A model generated the notes under the pieces. That model ran no database searches, had not been told where the DNA came from, and worked only from the letters and a program-made list of their open reading frames with translations. A program made the position numbers and the translations under genes. A stretch of DNA of 60,113 nt, counting the filler, from Dugesia japonica (lineage: Eukaryota): assembly GCA_001938525.1 (NCBI GenBank). It is 5 parts of 5 records of this genome, joined end to end, with 100 filler letters (N's around TTAATTAATTAA, not from the genome) between each part and the next. Parts side by side here need not be neighbours in the genome. Positions count along the whole stretch, not along the records: positions 12,502 to 24,269 come from MQRL01613390.1; positions 24,370 to 37,268 come from MQRL01600608.1; 3 more parts are not named here. One strand, given 5' to 3'. Every line of letters starts with the position of its first letter. The first letter of the stretch is position 1. Below are positions 13,348-25,035 of this stretch, one piece after another.

Positions 13348-14553
13348 TTAGGTCATTCGGAAAGTAATGGTGGATTTTTCAATGGTTCAGCATTTCAAGA
13401 ATATCTATGAAGAATATCTATTTCCAATCGATTTTTATTTTAATATAATTAACAATCATGTTTACTATATATTGCAAAGGTTTTGATGGAAATTATATTA
13501 CTTTTTAGTTATCAGTCAACGAACTAATTACCATGGACTGNNNNNNNNNNNNNNAACCCTTATACTTGACAGATTTAACGTCAGTCACAATGCAACATAC
13601 ATAACTGAATATGTAAACAAAGCTTTGAGAGATAGTATTGCAGCTCAGCGTACTGAGTAATGATGACTCCGGAAGTTCCGAAGTGGAAATGAGTCTCTTA
13701 AAGATAAAGAAAGAACCATACGACCTTCTGCTGTTAATGACGATGTTTTAAAACAAATAGACTTGGAAGAGCCAAAACAAAGTGTGTCAGAGATAGCAAC
13801 AAAGATGCATGTTTTACAATCCACTGTCTTCAAGTACCTGAAGCCAATTGGCAAAGTCAAGAAAAAGGATAAAATGTGTTCCACATAACTTTATGAAAAT
13901 CAACATGAAAAGAATACTAGAGGCAGCAACAGCTCTCCTCAGAAGATATTCCACTGATTCTTTCTTGGATCGCATCATTACTTGTGATAAAAAGTGGATT
14001 ATCTCTGATAACGGCAAACATTTTGCACAATGGCTATCTGTTGATGAGCCACCTAAAAAGTTCCCAAAAATTGAAGCTCCATTCAAATAAGTCTATGTTT
14101 ATTGTGTGGTGGTCAACTGCGGGAGGTTTCCACTTTTCTTACATCCAACCGGGCGAAATAATCATTGCAACATCGTACTATGAGCAGCTGGATGAAATGT
14201 ACAGAGAATGGTACAATTACAGCCGGCTTTAATCAATAGAAAGTGTTCAGGAATGGTCATACAATAACTACATAAGTTAAAATATGAAACTCTTGTTCAA
14301 CCACCATACTCAACGATCTGGCTCCACAGATTTTCATTTATTTAAACATTTCGATTGAAGGGTACAGTGTTCAAAAATCAATGTGATATCAAAACANCAT
14401 TCAAAGATTTCATTGACTCCAGAAATTCAGATTTTCTTCAAATATGTATCAATACACTTTTATCACATTGGCAAAAATGCATTTATTCCAATGCTGCTAA
14501 GTTTTCATAAAACTTTTGTTTTGAAATCTACTTTTATTTTCCGAATGACCTAA
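13348..14553 (+). mobile_element. Mariner (DD34D) transposon, full length, decayed
   Basis: TIRs TTAGGTCATTCGGAAAGTAA / TTATTTTCCGAATGACCTAA with TA TSDs. Transposase motifs CVPHNF (WVPHEL-like), FLDRIITCDKKWI and PPYS..LAPTDFHLF. Frameshifts and stops present. Confidence 0.92.
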
Positions 14554-14869
14554 TATATTGATTTAATTATTCAAAATTTTGAATATGCGATTATATTATT
14601 TCAAAAACGTCAATTTTTTTGTTTGTTATAAGATCGCTTTATTTTCAAGTTTTTAACCAAACCATAACAGACAGTTTGGTAATGTAAAAGGATAAATAAT
14701 AGGTCTTAATGGGACAAACAAATATTTGAAAAATAAGTATCTGATTTCCTCTGAGTCTCATTTTTAAGGATTATTTTCTAAACTTTTATAATTTAAAAGA
14801 AAACTATGAGAAATAGGGCAATGCATCAAGTGCAATAAATGTTTGTTCTAAAGAGATGCAACAATCGGT

Positions 14870-15777
14870 AATGTCTTTAGAAGATTAGTAAAAGAATTTT
14901 TCAGAAATTTCGATTTTCGTTTCCTTTTCATTCTACTAGTATGAAGAATGAATTATACAGTAAACTGTTGAAAAATTCAATGCATTATAACTCCAATATT
15001 TATAGAAAAACATACAAAATACCAAAATCACGATGAGTTAAGCAAAGCGACGGGTAATTTCTATTTACAAATAAAGTAGTTGTCGATGATGATTGTAATA
15101 TGCTTACAATAAAAGAATATTTCCCGAATTTATCATCGGCAAAAATTAAAGAAGGAATTTTGGTTGGACCACAAGTACGGAAATTAATGAGAAATAAGAA
15201 TTTCAAAGAGGGCCTAAGTCCAATTGAATCCAGCGTGGGAAGCAATGTTAGATACTCTCAACAACTTTTTGGGTTTGTATTCTTGTTACCATATCTAAAT
15301 ATATTTATTTTTATCAGGTAAAAACCGTTCACTGGAATACCAGAAATTAATAGGTGTTAATATGTCGCTAAAAATATACTTCTTGAGGTGTCACCTGAGC
15401 TTTTATCTTGAGGATTTGGGGAAAACTATTGACGAACATGGTAAAAGATTTCATTAGACGATAAGTACCATTGAAAAGCTATACATGGGCCGTGATGATA
15501 AGCGCATGATGGCTAGTTTTTTTATGACTACTCAAAATTTGACAGTACTCCAAATAAAAAACAATGATGGTATCGTTATTACGTGCCAGCTTAAATTTAT
15601 AGGTGCTGCATAGGTGCCTTTTATGTAAATTTCCTGTTTTTAAAAACCGAATTTTTTCCAAAATGAGACGTGATACAGAAAAACCGAAATTATATTTGAA
15701 ATCAGCTCAAACAAAATATATATGGTAGATAAATTTCATCTCGGAAAAAATTTAAAGTTAAAAATTCCCGGGCAGTG
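14870..15777 (+). mobile_element. Chapaev3-like (CMC) DNA transposon remnant
   Basis: FPNLSSAKIKEGILVGPQVRKLM (15100 ORF) and MSLKIYFLRCHLSFYLEDLGKTIDEHGKRFH* (15362); the 3' end is ...GGGCAGTG at 15777. Family assigned from recalled motifs; left end approximate. Confidence 0.65.
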
Positions 15778-16029
15778 TTATCAATAAATTTTGAAGTGAT
15801 TTTGAGTCTTATAACAGATAGAAAAAACATATTTGTAAAAATATACTTTTTAAATAGTTGAATAGCTGTCCAACCAACAATATTTTCTTTCGTTAGTTTA
15901 ACAATTTTTTGTTGGGTAGTTCTATCATGAAACTCGTCGTTTATTAAAACTGCATCTATACCCCATATCTGCACAATGAGAAGAGCTTGTTCATCATAAT
16001 AAGGTCTTATCATCTACAATAAATATAGT

Positions 16030-16140
16030 ATAATAATAAAAATAACAATAATAATAATGATAATAATAATAATAATAAAAATAATAATAANNNNNNNNNN
16101 NNNNNNNNNNNNNNNNNNNNNNNNNNNNNNNNNNNNNNNN

Positions 16141-16203
<63 letters not shown>
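16030..16203. repeat. (AAT)n microsatellite spanning an N gap
   Basis: Near-pure AAT runs on both sides of the gap. Confidence 0.95.
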
Positions 16204-16206
<3 letters not shown>

Positions 16207-16599
16207 CAATTGATCTTGCCATTGACTCCATGTAGAAAGTAGGCGACGAGTTAAAAGCTCATTTCTACCGTGAGCTTCTCATATTTTTTCCAAAAATTCA
16301 AACTGCTGAAAATTGAATAAAATAACAGGAAATGGAAAGAATAACACAAGAATAAATGAAATTGGTAAATTTTGACTAATGAATTATTATTAGCGAGATT
16401 GGTTTTTAGCCTGAGTTAATTTAATTTGGTAAATTATATAAAGTTCAGTCAACGTTTATTTGCAAAGAATATTTTATAGATTTTTACGAAGATCTGATAA
16501 TAAAAAATTCTTTTGTGTAGAGATAAAACAAAGAATAAAGCAATTACTAGAAAAGTGACGGCTTTCTGATTTTATCGGTACGTTAAGCGGTATATAAAT

Positions 16600-17544
16600 A
16601 TATTGAAAATTATTGATTATTTACCTCGAAAGGATGAAGCCATTTCGAGGATCTCATTGAACGATTAGGATCCAGATTTGAAAAAATAATAAACTCGTCC
16701 AATCCGTATTTTTTACCAACTCGAGGTTCCATATTTGCTGTTGTATAACCTCTAAGGACTTTAGCAGTTGCAAAAAGCAGCATTTCACCTTTGAAAAATC
16801 ATTTTTTTAAATAAATAAAATTAAAAATAAATCCTAAATAAAATTTTTGAAAAAATACCATGAAAATGAATGGATCTTTTAATTGCCAATATAAATGTAA
16901 ATTTGGTTGTTTATAAAACTAAAGCTAGAAATTTAAGACTTATAGAAAGAGCTGATTCAAATTTTGTTGAGGTTCAGAAAGACAGAAATTCTATTTACAA
17001 CAGAAATTTTGACAGAGTAAGCAAGTATTGCAGTTGTTCTGTCTATAAAGAATTTGGATACCCGTGCGTCCACACTTGTAAGATAATATAGAGATTTAAT
17101 TTTAATGAAATTGATTTTATTAATCCCTTACTTCTGAACAGATCTCTAGAGTTTATACAATTTAACACCTGATTTGCCTGTGGATGCCTTAACGTTAACG
17201 AGAATAGATCAAGAAGATACAATTATTACAGTCAGAAGAAGTAGACCCAAAAGAAATAAAGTCAGAATCCCTTCAGTAGCAGAAGTAGTAAACCATAGAA
17301 CTGTTAGATGCGGAATATGCAATGAAACAGGTCATAATATGCGTACTTATCCAAGTAGAAATAGAAATTAAAATTTTAAAATTATATTGACTTTTCACCT
17401 TTTTCATTATCATTAAATTTGTTATAATAAAAATTGATATTTTTTTAAATTTTAGAATAGAAGCTGGTATTATTTTAAATGTTAAAATAAAAGTCGGTAT
17501 TTTTATAATTCCATTATTTTTCGTGGTATTTTCTCAAACCACCC
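16600..17544 (+). mobile_element. MULE/MuDR transposase C-terminal remnant
   Basis: SWIM finger CSCSVYKEFGYPCVH (16870 ORF), then RRSRPKR and zinc knuckle RCGICNETGHNMRT (17174 ORF). Boundaries approximate. Confidence 0.75.
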
Positions 17545-17779
17545 TTTTAAATATTAAATCAAATGATAATAACAATCACTTATAATTAATCAAAATAGTT
17601 ATATTGTGAAAATTTGTTTTGAATGATATAAAATAACAAAAATCTGAACACGTATACATTAAAATAGTTAGATTTCATGACTTTTTAACAAACAACAAAT
17701 AAAACACAAAACAGAGAAACATAACATTTTATCTCATTTTATTTTTAATAAATTATTAGAAACTGTAAAATATTCTCAA

Positions 17780-18400
17780 TTCTAATGGTCCAGTAATAAA
17801 GGTTTCTCACAAAATATGGAAAATCTGTAGGAGAGATAGAAAAATTCTTATAGTTATGGAATTTTCTAAAAAGGATATAAAATCGTGATGTAGCAGAATT
17901 TTTATCACGTTACAATATGCGAAAATAAAAATTTTAATATCTAACGGCGTTGTAAATTGTGTTAATCTCACTCTGTGTTTAACTGTCACGAGATTATCTA
18001 TCCTGTGTTTAACTGTCACGAGATTATCTATCCTGTATTTAAAATCAAGCGCACTAACAGTTCGTGATATTTTGTATGGTAAACATATCAAATAAAATAG
18101 ACTATAACTGACAAAAAATCTTTGAATCCTATTACCTTTGAAATTTATCAGTAACAATATTTTCGATTATTACGATCTGTACATAACTATGGGTATTTTC
18201 ATACAGTCAAACCTTCAGTAAGCAAAAGGAATAAAATAACTGTAAAATTCCTTATAAAATAGAGAAGTTTAGAATTTTTAGAACTAGAATTACGAAACAC
18301 CTTTAAAATAAAAACGTGAAGTCTAAATACTTTACCATACACACAAGACACCAACGGATCAACTTTAAGAAAACAAAAAATAAAACTAACAGTTAAAATA
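17780..18400 (+). mobile_element. Possible L2/CR1-type LINE 3' remnant
   Basis: Fragmentary HNY...KFLIK*RSLEF*N pattern resembles the L2 ORF2 C-terminus; includes a 30-bp tandem duplication at ~17972-18035. Weak. Confidence 0.3.
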
Positions 18401-18436
18401 AGAATTTGGAAAAAATATAACACGCATAATATAAAC

Positions 18437-18748
18437 CAGAGATTTTCAACCTTTTATCAACCATGGCTCCCTTAGAGTATCCATAACATCCCTGTAGCCC
18501 ATGGATGCGTATATGATGTTATATGTACTTTGAATGCGCTATTTTTTATAAATACTAAGTATATATTTATAACATAAATAATAATTAAAATCAATTCAAA
18601 TGATTATTAAATGTTTTTAAAAATTTTTATTTCTGTTAATTTTTTATTCGATTTTCAATTTTAACACTAATCTTTCGTGATATTTTTTTGTCTTCATAAC
18701 CCCCAATTTTCCAAAAGATTTTTTGTGATCTCCTCTTGAGAATTACTG
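18437..18748. mobile_element. Non-autonomous hAT (Buster/Charlie-type MITE)
   Basis: Ends CAGAGATTTTCAA / TTGAGAATTACTG; perfect 8-bp TSD ATATAAAC (18429-18436, 18749-18756). Confidence 0.85.
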
Positions 18749-21700
18749 ATATAAACAATAAAATAAATAATTAAAAATATATTTATTCAAAAAAATTAAG
18801 TTTTGAAAAAAAATTTTTATCGTGACAAAACCTATTTAAAAAAATTGAAATCATTGATTTTTACTTTTTTCTGAAAAATTTTTAAGAAATCAATTTTTTA
18901 TATAAATAACTATTAATATTAAAATATTACTTATATTATTTTTGAATCTTTAATTTTATATTATATTATTGCAGTAAAACGGGGAAATAAAATTTTAAAT
19001 AAATAAAATTATAAAAAGGGGATTGAGATCATTTGGAAAATAATAACAGAATTTGTAAATAAAATTTTGAGATGAGATAATAATAAATAAATAAATTAGA
19101 ATGTTTGTAAAGAATACTGAAATCATCAATTAGCATTTAAATAGAATAATAAATGATAAATGATAAAAAGAGGAAGGAATGTACGAACGGTGAGAGTGTA
19201 AAGATGTACAGAGTAACAGTAGAGTAGTGAAGCGTTGAACGAATTGGAAATAAATTAATATTAATTAACATAAAATAAAAAAGAAATATATATAAAATAA
19301 AATTTAAAAATGTTACCTAAAAAAATGGTGAGCGTTGAAAATGAGCAACTATATATACCCTTTTGGAAATCAGTTAACCACGATTCAATTGGCATGAGTA
19401 CACAAAGGTTCAGTTTCGTTATCAATAAATCGATTGGAAACATGAATAAAATATCAAAAACAATCAATCTTAGCAGACAGGGTAAACGCAAAAATGCATG
19501 TGTTTACATGAAACAAACAATGGGGAAAAATAACCCAAATAAAATTAAAATATTTTTATATGAAAAATAAGTAATTAAAATAATAACAACATATTAATAA
19601 AAAAGTTATAATATTCAATGAGAATGTTAATAAAAGTATATAATAAAAATACAAATAAAATTATATGAAAATAACATAAAAATTAATAGTAGTTAAATGT
19701 ATAAATGCTCAAATGAACATGAAACATATCAACAGATTTAATTATATTGTATAAAGTAATGTAAATACAATTTTTAAAAAAATAACAATATGAATAAAAG
19801 TGGTAACATGATAAAGTGGAACAAAAGTAACAGTAAAGTTAAAATTAAAAAGACGCGCTAGAGGGGTAAATAACAAAACTGAAAATCGTTAAATGACTAG
19901 AAGTCATTCATAAAAATCATTAAATGGTTGAAAATTATGAAATAAAAATAAATGACTAAACTTAAATAAAATAATAAAATAATATATTTAATTTAGTTTA
20001 TTGGAGATAGTAGACAATTTTCAGAAAAGTGTGGGAGTAAAATAAAGTTTTTAGGGTTCGAACCCGGACATGACTTAGGGAATGGAAAATGAAAGGTTTG
20101 TATGCGACGAATTGGATTTTGTTGTGACTAATTCATTTCTATTGGTTCTTTGAACATGTAAATTTTATTCTTGCTGACATCCTAGTTGATAAAATTTTTT
20201 ATTGATTAAAATATGAAATGTAGATTGTGCATGTGTTTGAAAATACTATTTAAACGATTGTAATTATCATTATACACTCTTACCTATTTTGGTGAAAATA
20301 AATATTTGCTAGAAAATCTTAGTGATATTATTTATTTGATAATCAATATTAAGGAACCTCAGGACGAACCTTTACCTGAGATTGAAGACAGATTTCTTAT
20401 CAAGTTAGTAAATTTTTGGAGTAAACGAGTTTAAGTGCTGGAAACCCCAACATTATAGTAAATATAATTTTATTTTTAAAAAAATGATTTCCACAATANN
20501 NNNNNNNNNNNNNNNNNNNNNNNNNNNNNAAAAAATTAATAATATAATTTCATAAATTAAATATTATCATAATACCAACAGCAAGAATAATGTGACCAAA
20601 TTTATCAAAAAAAATATATATATAATGACAGGGTATATAAAAACTCATTAACAGAAATAAAGTATACTTTTCAATCCAAAGACTTGGTCAATTTTAAAAT
20701 GGATTCCTTTTTCAATTCGATAATGAAACATTAATTTACTATTAATATTTTTTGGAGCTTCGTTTTCCGGCAAATGTTTAGTAATATCAAGACGATATGG
20801 TATATAGGGTAGCATGAATTCATGAGTTACAGCTAAATCCTCTAAAATATTAAAATTTTTAATTAAATTTGGAATTATAGACTCCATAAAATAAACTAAA
20901 ATCTAAAATGACCCTGTAATTAAGTAATTAGCTATAAAAGTAATGTGTTAAAATTAATACTGCGAAAATTCGTACTAAAAATCATAATTAATTACAAAAA
21001 AATTCTAAAAAAGAAAATAATTATGAAACAAAGTTGTTAAAACAAAACTTGCGAATAATGATTTCATTAAAAAAATCCACACATCTTCAAAAAACTTTTA
21101 AAAAATTTACTGACCAAAACAAAATTTCATATTATAAAAATAATTTTTTTATTAATGATTTAATTTATAGGATTTTATTTTTAAAATATTTCATAAATTA
21201 TATATTTTTAATTGTTTTTGTCGATAATTTTTTTTAGTTTAAATCTTCTAAAATCTAATCATTAATAGAAACTATTTACTAAAAAATTATTCTGTCTATA
21301 ATATGCAGTTTGAAAAGTTTCCACCATTTTTTACTCAAATTTCAAATGCATTTAATTTTCTTCTAATATTTTCATTGAATGAAATATGTACAATTTTGGA
21401 CGACAAATTGTTGCTATTTTTCTAGTAAAACTGTTATATTGTCCTACTATCATGACCAACATAAAACTTACCATCCTTGACGTCATGGCCACCGTTTGTG
21501 TGGTCTCCCTATGCATTGATCGAAATTCTTTTTGCACATTATTTTCGTACGTAACACATGTATCTTTACACATAATAAGACGTTCTAAAAATTGTTTAAT
21601 TTAATTTATTTTTATTAGCTTTCTTCTTTTACTGTTAAATCGAGTGGTTCCTAAGTAACGTTTTTTGAATTCAGCTTTCTGAAAATGTTGATGATAATGT

Positions 21701-23835
21701 TGTTCTGGTTTGATAATGAATATTGAGTTTCTAAGCGATGTGATAGCTACTTATATACTTGTGTTGTTCCATTTTATATAAGATTTCATCGATTTTCCTG
21801 CAATTGGTCGGCCAGAGAAAATTAAATCTCTAAAATCTAAATTTCCAGAACCAAATCAGCAAGCCATTCACGAGCTGTTCTTTCTATTACTACATCATTT
21901 TAAACTGCAGGTTTTTTAGCAGCTTGCGTTGCATTGTTTTATATCAAAATGTTTCGAATTTATTCCTTATTTTTACTCATTTTATAACATAGAATAACTT
22001 TTCAATGAATAAAAATTTATAAAATTTCTTTTCCATAATGATACAAAACAATTTAGATTTATTAATTACTACTCCCAGCACTACATTACTCATTCTTGGT
22101 TGGTGTTAAGCAATGTGAAAAAAAATAATAAATCAATCTATAATGATTATAAATTAAACTGATTTTTTTAGTTCTAAGAGTGATTCATAGATTTTAAAAT
22201 ATCTGGGAAATTTTTTAATTTGGTATATATTATATTATATTATATTAANATTTATTTTTTTTGAAATATTCAAATATTATTGTAAAAAAAGTAAAAACGA
22301 AATTTTAGAATATAAAACAATTTTCCATACAAATTATTAAATAATTTCTATATATTATAATAGGCAAAATTATGAAAGTTTAAAAATTATTTTATGAAAT
22401 TATGTTTAAACACAATTAAAGATATACGAAAGTAAAAATAATTTGTAAAATTAAATACGATATTTTTAAAATATTTTATTAAATTTCTCAGATTATTTGT
22501 TTGAATACTATGGATTATTCTTCATCTTTTTTTACTTTAATCAAAAACTTGTGATAATAAATAAAAACTTATAGAGAGTTGTGAGGTTTTGAATTTAACT
22601 AATAATAGTAATGATAATTGTGGATATGCTTCACTTGGAGCAAGATGCAATACAAATTTGGGGCCCAATTTATACGGATATTTAAGACTGGTTCATAAAT
22701 TATTTTTTTAATAAAAACTAATATTTTGTTACATTGTATTATATATTATGATTAAAATATTATGTTTCTTCTCCACCAGAAATATTAATAAAAATATTTA
22801 GAGTACGCAATTTTATTTTAACAAATCTTTTCAATGAAAACCAAAAGTGAAACTTTATTTTCGAATACATCAATTATTTAAATAGTTTGCGCTTGCAAAC
22901 CATTTCAATTAAAACAATAAATTTTTATAATTTTTATCTTCTGACATCTTTTTGGTTTAAAATTTAATAAGATGTTTGATACTCAACTATTTGTTTTTTT
23001 TTGATAATTTACATTTCATCAGGTTAATTCGCTTAAAAATAAGAAGAAAAACTTACTAACATATCAATGGGAAAATGTAATTTTCAAATTTGTAAATAGA
23101 TTATTAGTAGTTGATATACTTAAGGAAATGCTAGCTACAAATTTTTCCTAAATTCAGAAAGAAGCTTTTCTGTTGAATCGTGGCAGGAATTGTGCAAAAT
23201 AGTTTGCGCGCAAACTAATTATTAAGATTCATTAAAGTTTATTATAAAGAATTTTTATAAAAAAAGTAAATAGTTTGCGACGCAAGCTAAGTGGTGAAAG
23301 ACGGTAATACTTCATCAGAAAGGATATTAAATGTATATGTTAATATATGGTGAATATTTAATTACATTTTACTAATATAAAGAAAGAAAATCTAGTATCG
23401 ATATTAAACAACTAAAAGTAACTTGTTAAAAATAAAATAATTATAAAGTGGTAAATGTCTACAAATCAATAACCAAATTTTATTTCGAATAAATTTTTTC
23501 AATTCTTAATATTATAAGACATTAAAATTTATTTGCAGAGAAAATGAATATTTCATTGTGAAATTATATGTATTAAATTACAGATAAACAACGTAAAATA
23601 AATTTGACAAAGGGTATTTAATTTCTACATTTAAAGAAAATTAGGTCTTCGAGTTCCGTGTGCAACTGGGGATCCGAGGCAAGTGCCTCTTTAGCTTGTG
23701 AATAAACCCGCCACTTATCCATGATATTAATAATAAATAATTAAATAAAAAAATCTGTAGTCACAATTAAAACTTCAAAAAATTTGATGATTTATTTTTT
23801 AAAAAAGTGGTCAAACAAACAAATGTTGAACTTAC

Positions 23836-24007
23836 TGTAAGTTGGATTATTATCTCTGTATTTAATATCTTTAACGACGTCTCTAAGATCTTTAGAGAAC
23901 ATTGTGTCTTTTTTGTATAAAGAAAATATTTCCCATTCGAAATCAGTTGGTAAACATTCCATGGATTGATATGAGCCTGTTTTATATTCAGGTGCTGTAA
24001 TAGGATT
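23836..24007 (-). CDS. Candidate internal exon of an unidentified host gene
   Basis: 172 bp between a polypyrimidine-TAG acceptor and a GTAAGT donor. Open frame NPITAPEYKTGSYQSMECLPTDFEWEIFSLYKKDTMFSKDLRDVVKDIKYRDNNPTY. Confidence 0.45.
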
Positions 24008-24269
24008 CTAGAGAAAAAAATTAATTATATTTTATTCATTTTAAATACATGAACTTGTTATTAAGTACACTACCCAAAATATTTTTGTTCAAATATTCTT
24101 TTAAACGTCAAATAAATTTTTAAAAAGTATTTTATTTTTTTAAAAGTAGTATATTTTATTAAAATTTATATTTTAAATTTCAATTTTTATAACTTAAATT
24201 CTATTTTAACAATAATAACAATTAGTAATTTATAATTACAAAACAAAAAATTTAAAAAATCAAACAAAA

Positions 24270-24369
24270 NNNNNNNNNNNNNNNNNNNNNNNNNNNNNNN
24301 NNNNNNNNNNNNNTTAATTAATTAANNNNNNNNNNNNNNNNNNNNNNNNNNNNNNNNNNNNNNNNNNNN
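24270..24369. other. Artificial scaffold linker
   Basis: N44-TTAATTAATTAA-N44; core at 24314-24325. Confidence 0.95.
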
Positions 24370-25035
24370 GTGTAAATAAGAAATATATTTTGAGTTTCAT
24401 GATGTCCGTTATTTCTGATGTAACTAACATAAATGTATAAAGTTAAAAATTATAATATAAAATAATACTGTCTAACTTGTTTTCGTGCGATTTTTTATGC
24501 GGTTCATGAAATTGCATAAACAGACGGCACAAATCAGGTTTGAGTGCAATTAGAAATGACTATATTGACAAATAATAGCAATTGAAGAAGTACTTTGTTT
24601 TTGATTTTGACAATTTGATCTAACCGGACAAAACGCAAACATTATTATATTATATTAATTTTGTGTTAAATCAGTTTGAAACTCTTACTTTATTTTGTGA
24701 AGGAACCAATTAAAAATCAAATATAATATCTATTTATTCTAACAAGAAAGTTTATAATAAAATCTATTTTATTTTAATAAATTTTATATATCAAAATTTT
24801 AATAATTGAAACATTATTATTTAAATTTAATTTTTAATGTCTTTTGTTTTTCTAAATATCCGTTTTCTAAATTAAACTTTTTATAATTTGAAATATGAAA
24901 TATTAATCTATTTTTAGATGCTGATTATGTAATTTGTTATTTTATCAGAACTAATTTTTTATTACTTTGTAAGTTATATTTTTTATTTATTTTAAAAATA
25001 AAATAGTTCATTGAATTTTTTCTTCTAGATAAAAG

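Noticed and set aside
15994-16242. Poly-Y, poly-L and poly-I ORFs
   Set aside because: Translations of the (AAT)n microsatellite.
20050-20070. tRNA gene at GGTTCGAACCC
   Set aside because: B-box only; no cloverleaf or A-box.
22620-23720. Possible non-autonomous hAT with GC-rich ends
   Set aside because: TIR and TSD could not be confirmed.
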